From: an uncultured Actinomycetes bacterium
Lineage (GTDB): Bacteria; Actinomycetota; Thermoleophilia; UBA2241
Assembly (NCBI GenBank): GCA_963709345.1
Contig: CAVPVX010000004.1
Coordinates: 319,257 to 383,256 of the forward strand
DNA length: 64,000 bases
Direction: 5' to 3'
Made by a program: the position numbers and the translations under genes. Position 1 is the stretch's first letter. Each line of letters starts with the position of its first letter. Below, piece after piece: positions 63,130-64,000 of the stretch. A model generated the notes under the pieces. The model did no database searches, was not told where the DNA came from, and saw only the letters and a program-made list of their open reading frames with translations.

Positions 63130-64000
63130 CTAGTAGACGCCCACCAGACCGTCCAGATGCGCCTGCGGGCTGAACGTGCTCATGGCGCGGTCACGAGCAG
63201 ACCGGCCCAGACGATCGGCGAGAGCGGCGTCGTCGGCCAACACGCGCAAGGCTGCGGCAAGCTGAAGCTCGTCCCCGGCGTCGACCAGCACGCCGCTCTG
63301 ACCCCATCGCGGATCTGTTCCGGGATTCCCCCCATGCGCGTGGCGATGACCGGCGGCCGAGCGCGACGGGCTCGAGGACCGCCATGGGCGCGTCGCTGGC
63401 ATCTCTGATGGGACGACGGCAGCCCGGCTGCCGGTGAGGAGGCGATCGACTTCTTCACCCGGCAGTCGGCCCAAGAACTGGACACCGAGTGGGGCCCGAG
63501 CCTTCAGCACTTGTTCCAGCGGGCCCGTCCCAGCCACCAGAAGGGGGACTCGAGCAGCCTCAGCTGCCCGAACGAGTGTCGCCAGGCCCTTCTCGCGGGA
63601 TAGGCGTCCCGCGTACACAAACGCCTCTCCGGGAGGCACGTCGGGCAGACGTGTGGGCGAAGCAATCGCATTCGGCAGCACGTGGATCGGCCGGCGACGG
63701 ATGCCGCCCGCAGTCACTGTCCGAGCGAGATACCGGCTCGGCGATATGAACGCGTCCACGAGGTGCTCCGACCGGATCACCCATCGTCGCCAGAGGAGAT
63801 CGGCGGCTCCGAGGGCGCTCTTCGCCCTGCTCTGGTGCACACACCCATGCAGAAGGCACGGGAGGAGGTTCAGCGGTCCGCAGTGTGGTGGGTCGCAGGC
63901 GCGCCGGCCGGCGAAGAGCAGATCTCCAGATGCGCAGATCGGATGGTAGTCGTGGAGCGTCTGCACGACCGGGACCCCGGCCCGCCGTGCCTCGACCCCC
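63130..64000 (-). CDS. glycosyltransferase family 4 (5' part outside window)
   Basis: TLHDYxPIC, ISPSRY, YAGRLSREKG and GGIPE. Confidence 0.85.
   Translation of the reverse strand, partial: GVEARRAGVPVVQTLHDYHPICASGDLLFAGRRACDPPHCGPLNLLPCLLHGCVHQSRAKSALGAADLLWRRWVIRSEHLVDAFISPSRYLARTVTAGGIRRRPIHVLPNAIASPTRLPDVPPGEAFVYAGRLSREKGLATLVRAAEAARVPLLVAGTGPLEQVLKARAPLGVQFLGRLPGEEVDRLLTGSRAAVVPSEMPATRPWRSSSPSRSAAGHRHAHGGNPGTDPRWGQSGVLVDAGDELQLAAALRVLADDAALADRLGRSARDRAMSTFSPQAHLDGLVGVY

Overview
High-GC bacterial DNA. Gene style (leaderless starts, IS630/IS982 types, PT-linker secreted proteins) suggests an anaerobic actinobacterium, possibly Thermoleophilia-like; the taxonomy is inference. Bases 1-22.2 kb are error-free core genes: a tungsten aldehyde:ferredoxin oxidoreductase, a class II aldolase, a class A PBP, tatAC, a complex I operon and ymdB. 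The complex I operon is the standout. It runs nuoA-B-C-D-H, then a NuoI(N-half)::NuoE fusion, a HydB-type NuoF, a NuoG(N)::GltD-like NADPH domain::NuoI(C-half) fusion, then nuoJ-K-L-M-N. A HydABC/Bfu-type electron-bifurcating-like module with an NADPH site appears to sit inside nuoI and split it across two polypeptides. Bases 22.3-64 kb are a large mosaic surface-polysaccharide region: priming GT, many GTs, Wzx/Wzy, two Wzc, Wzm/Wzt, two Cys1-less asparagine-synthase-like proteins, an aminotransferase, methyltransferases and a kinase. It also holds secreted lyase-like and SGNH-like proteins, a recent tandem duplication, internally deleted relics and IS630/IS982/IS3 elements. Many single-base frameshifts in this part are probably assembly errors. 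All calls come from motif recognition by eye; no database searches were run.
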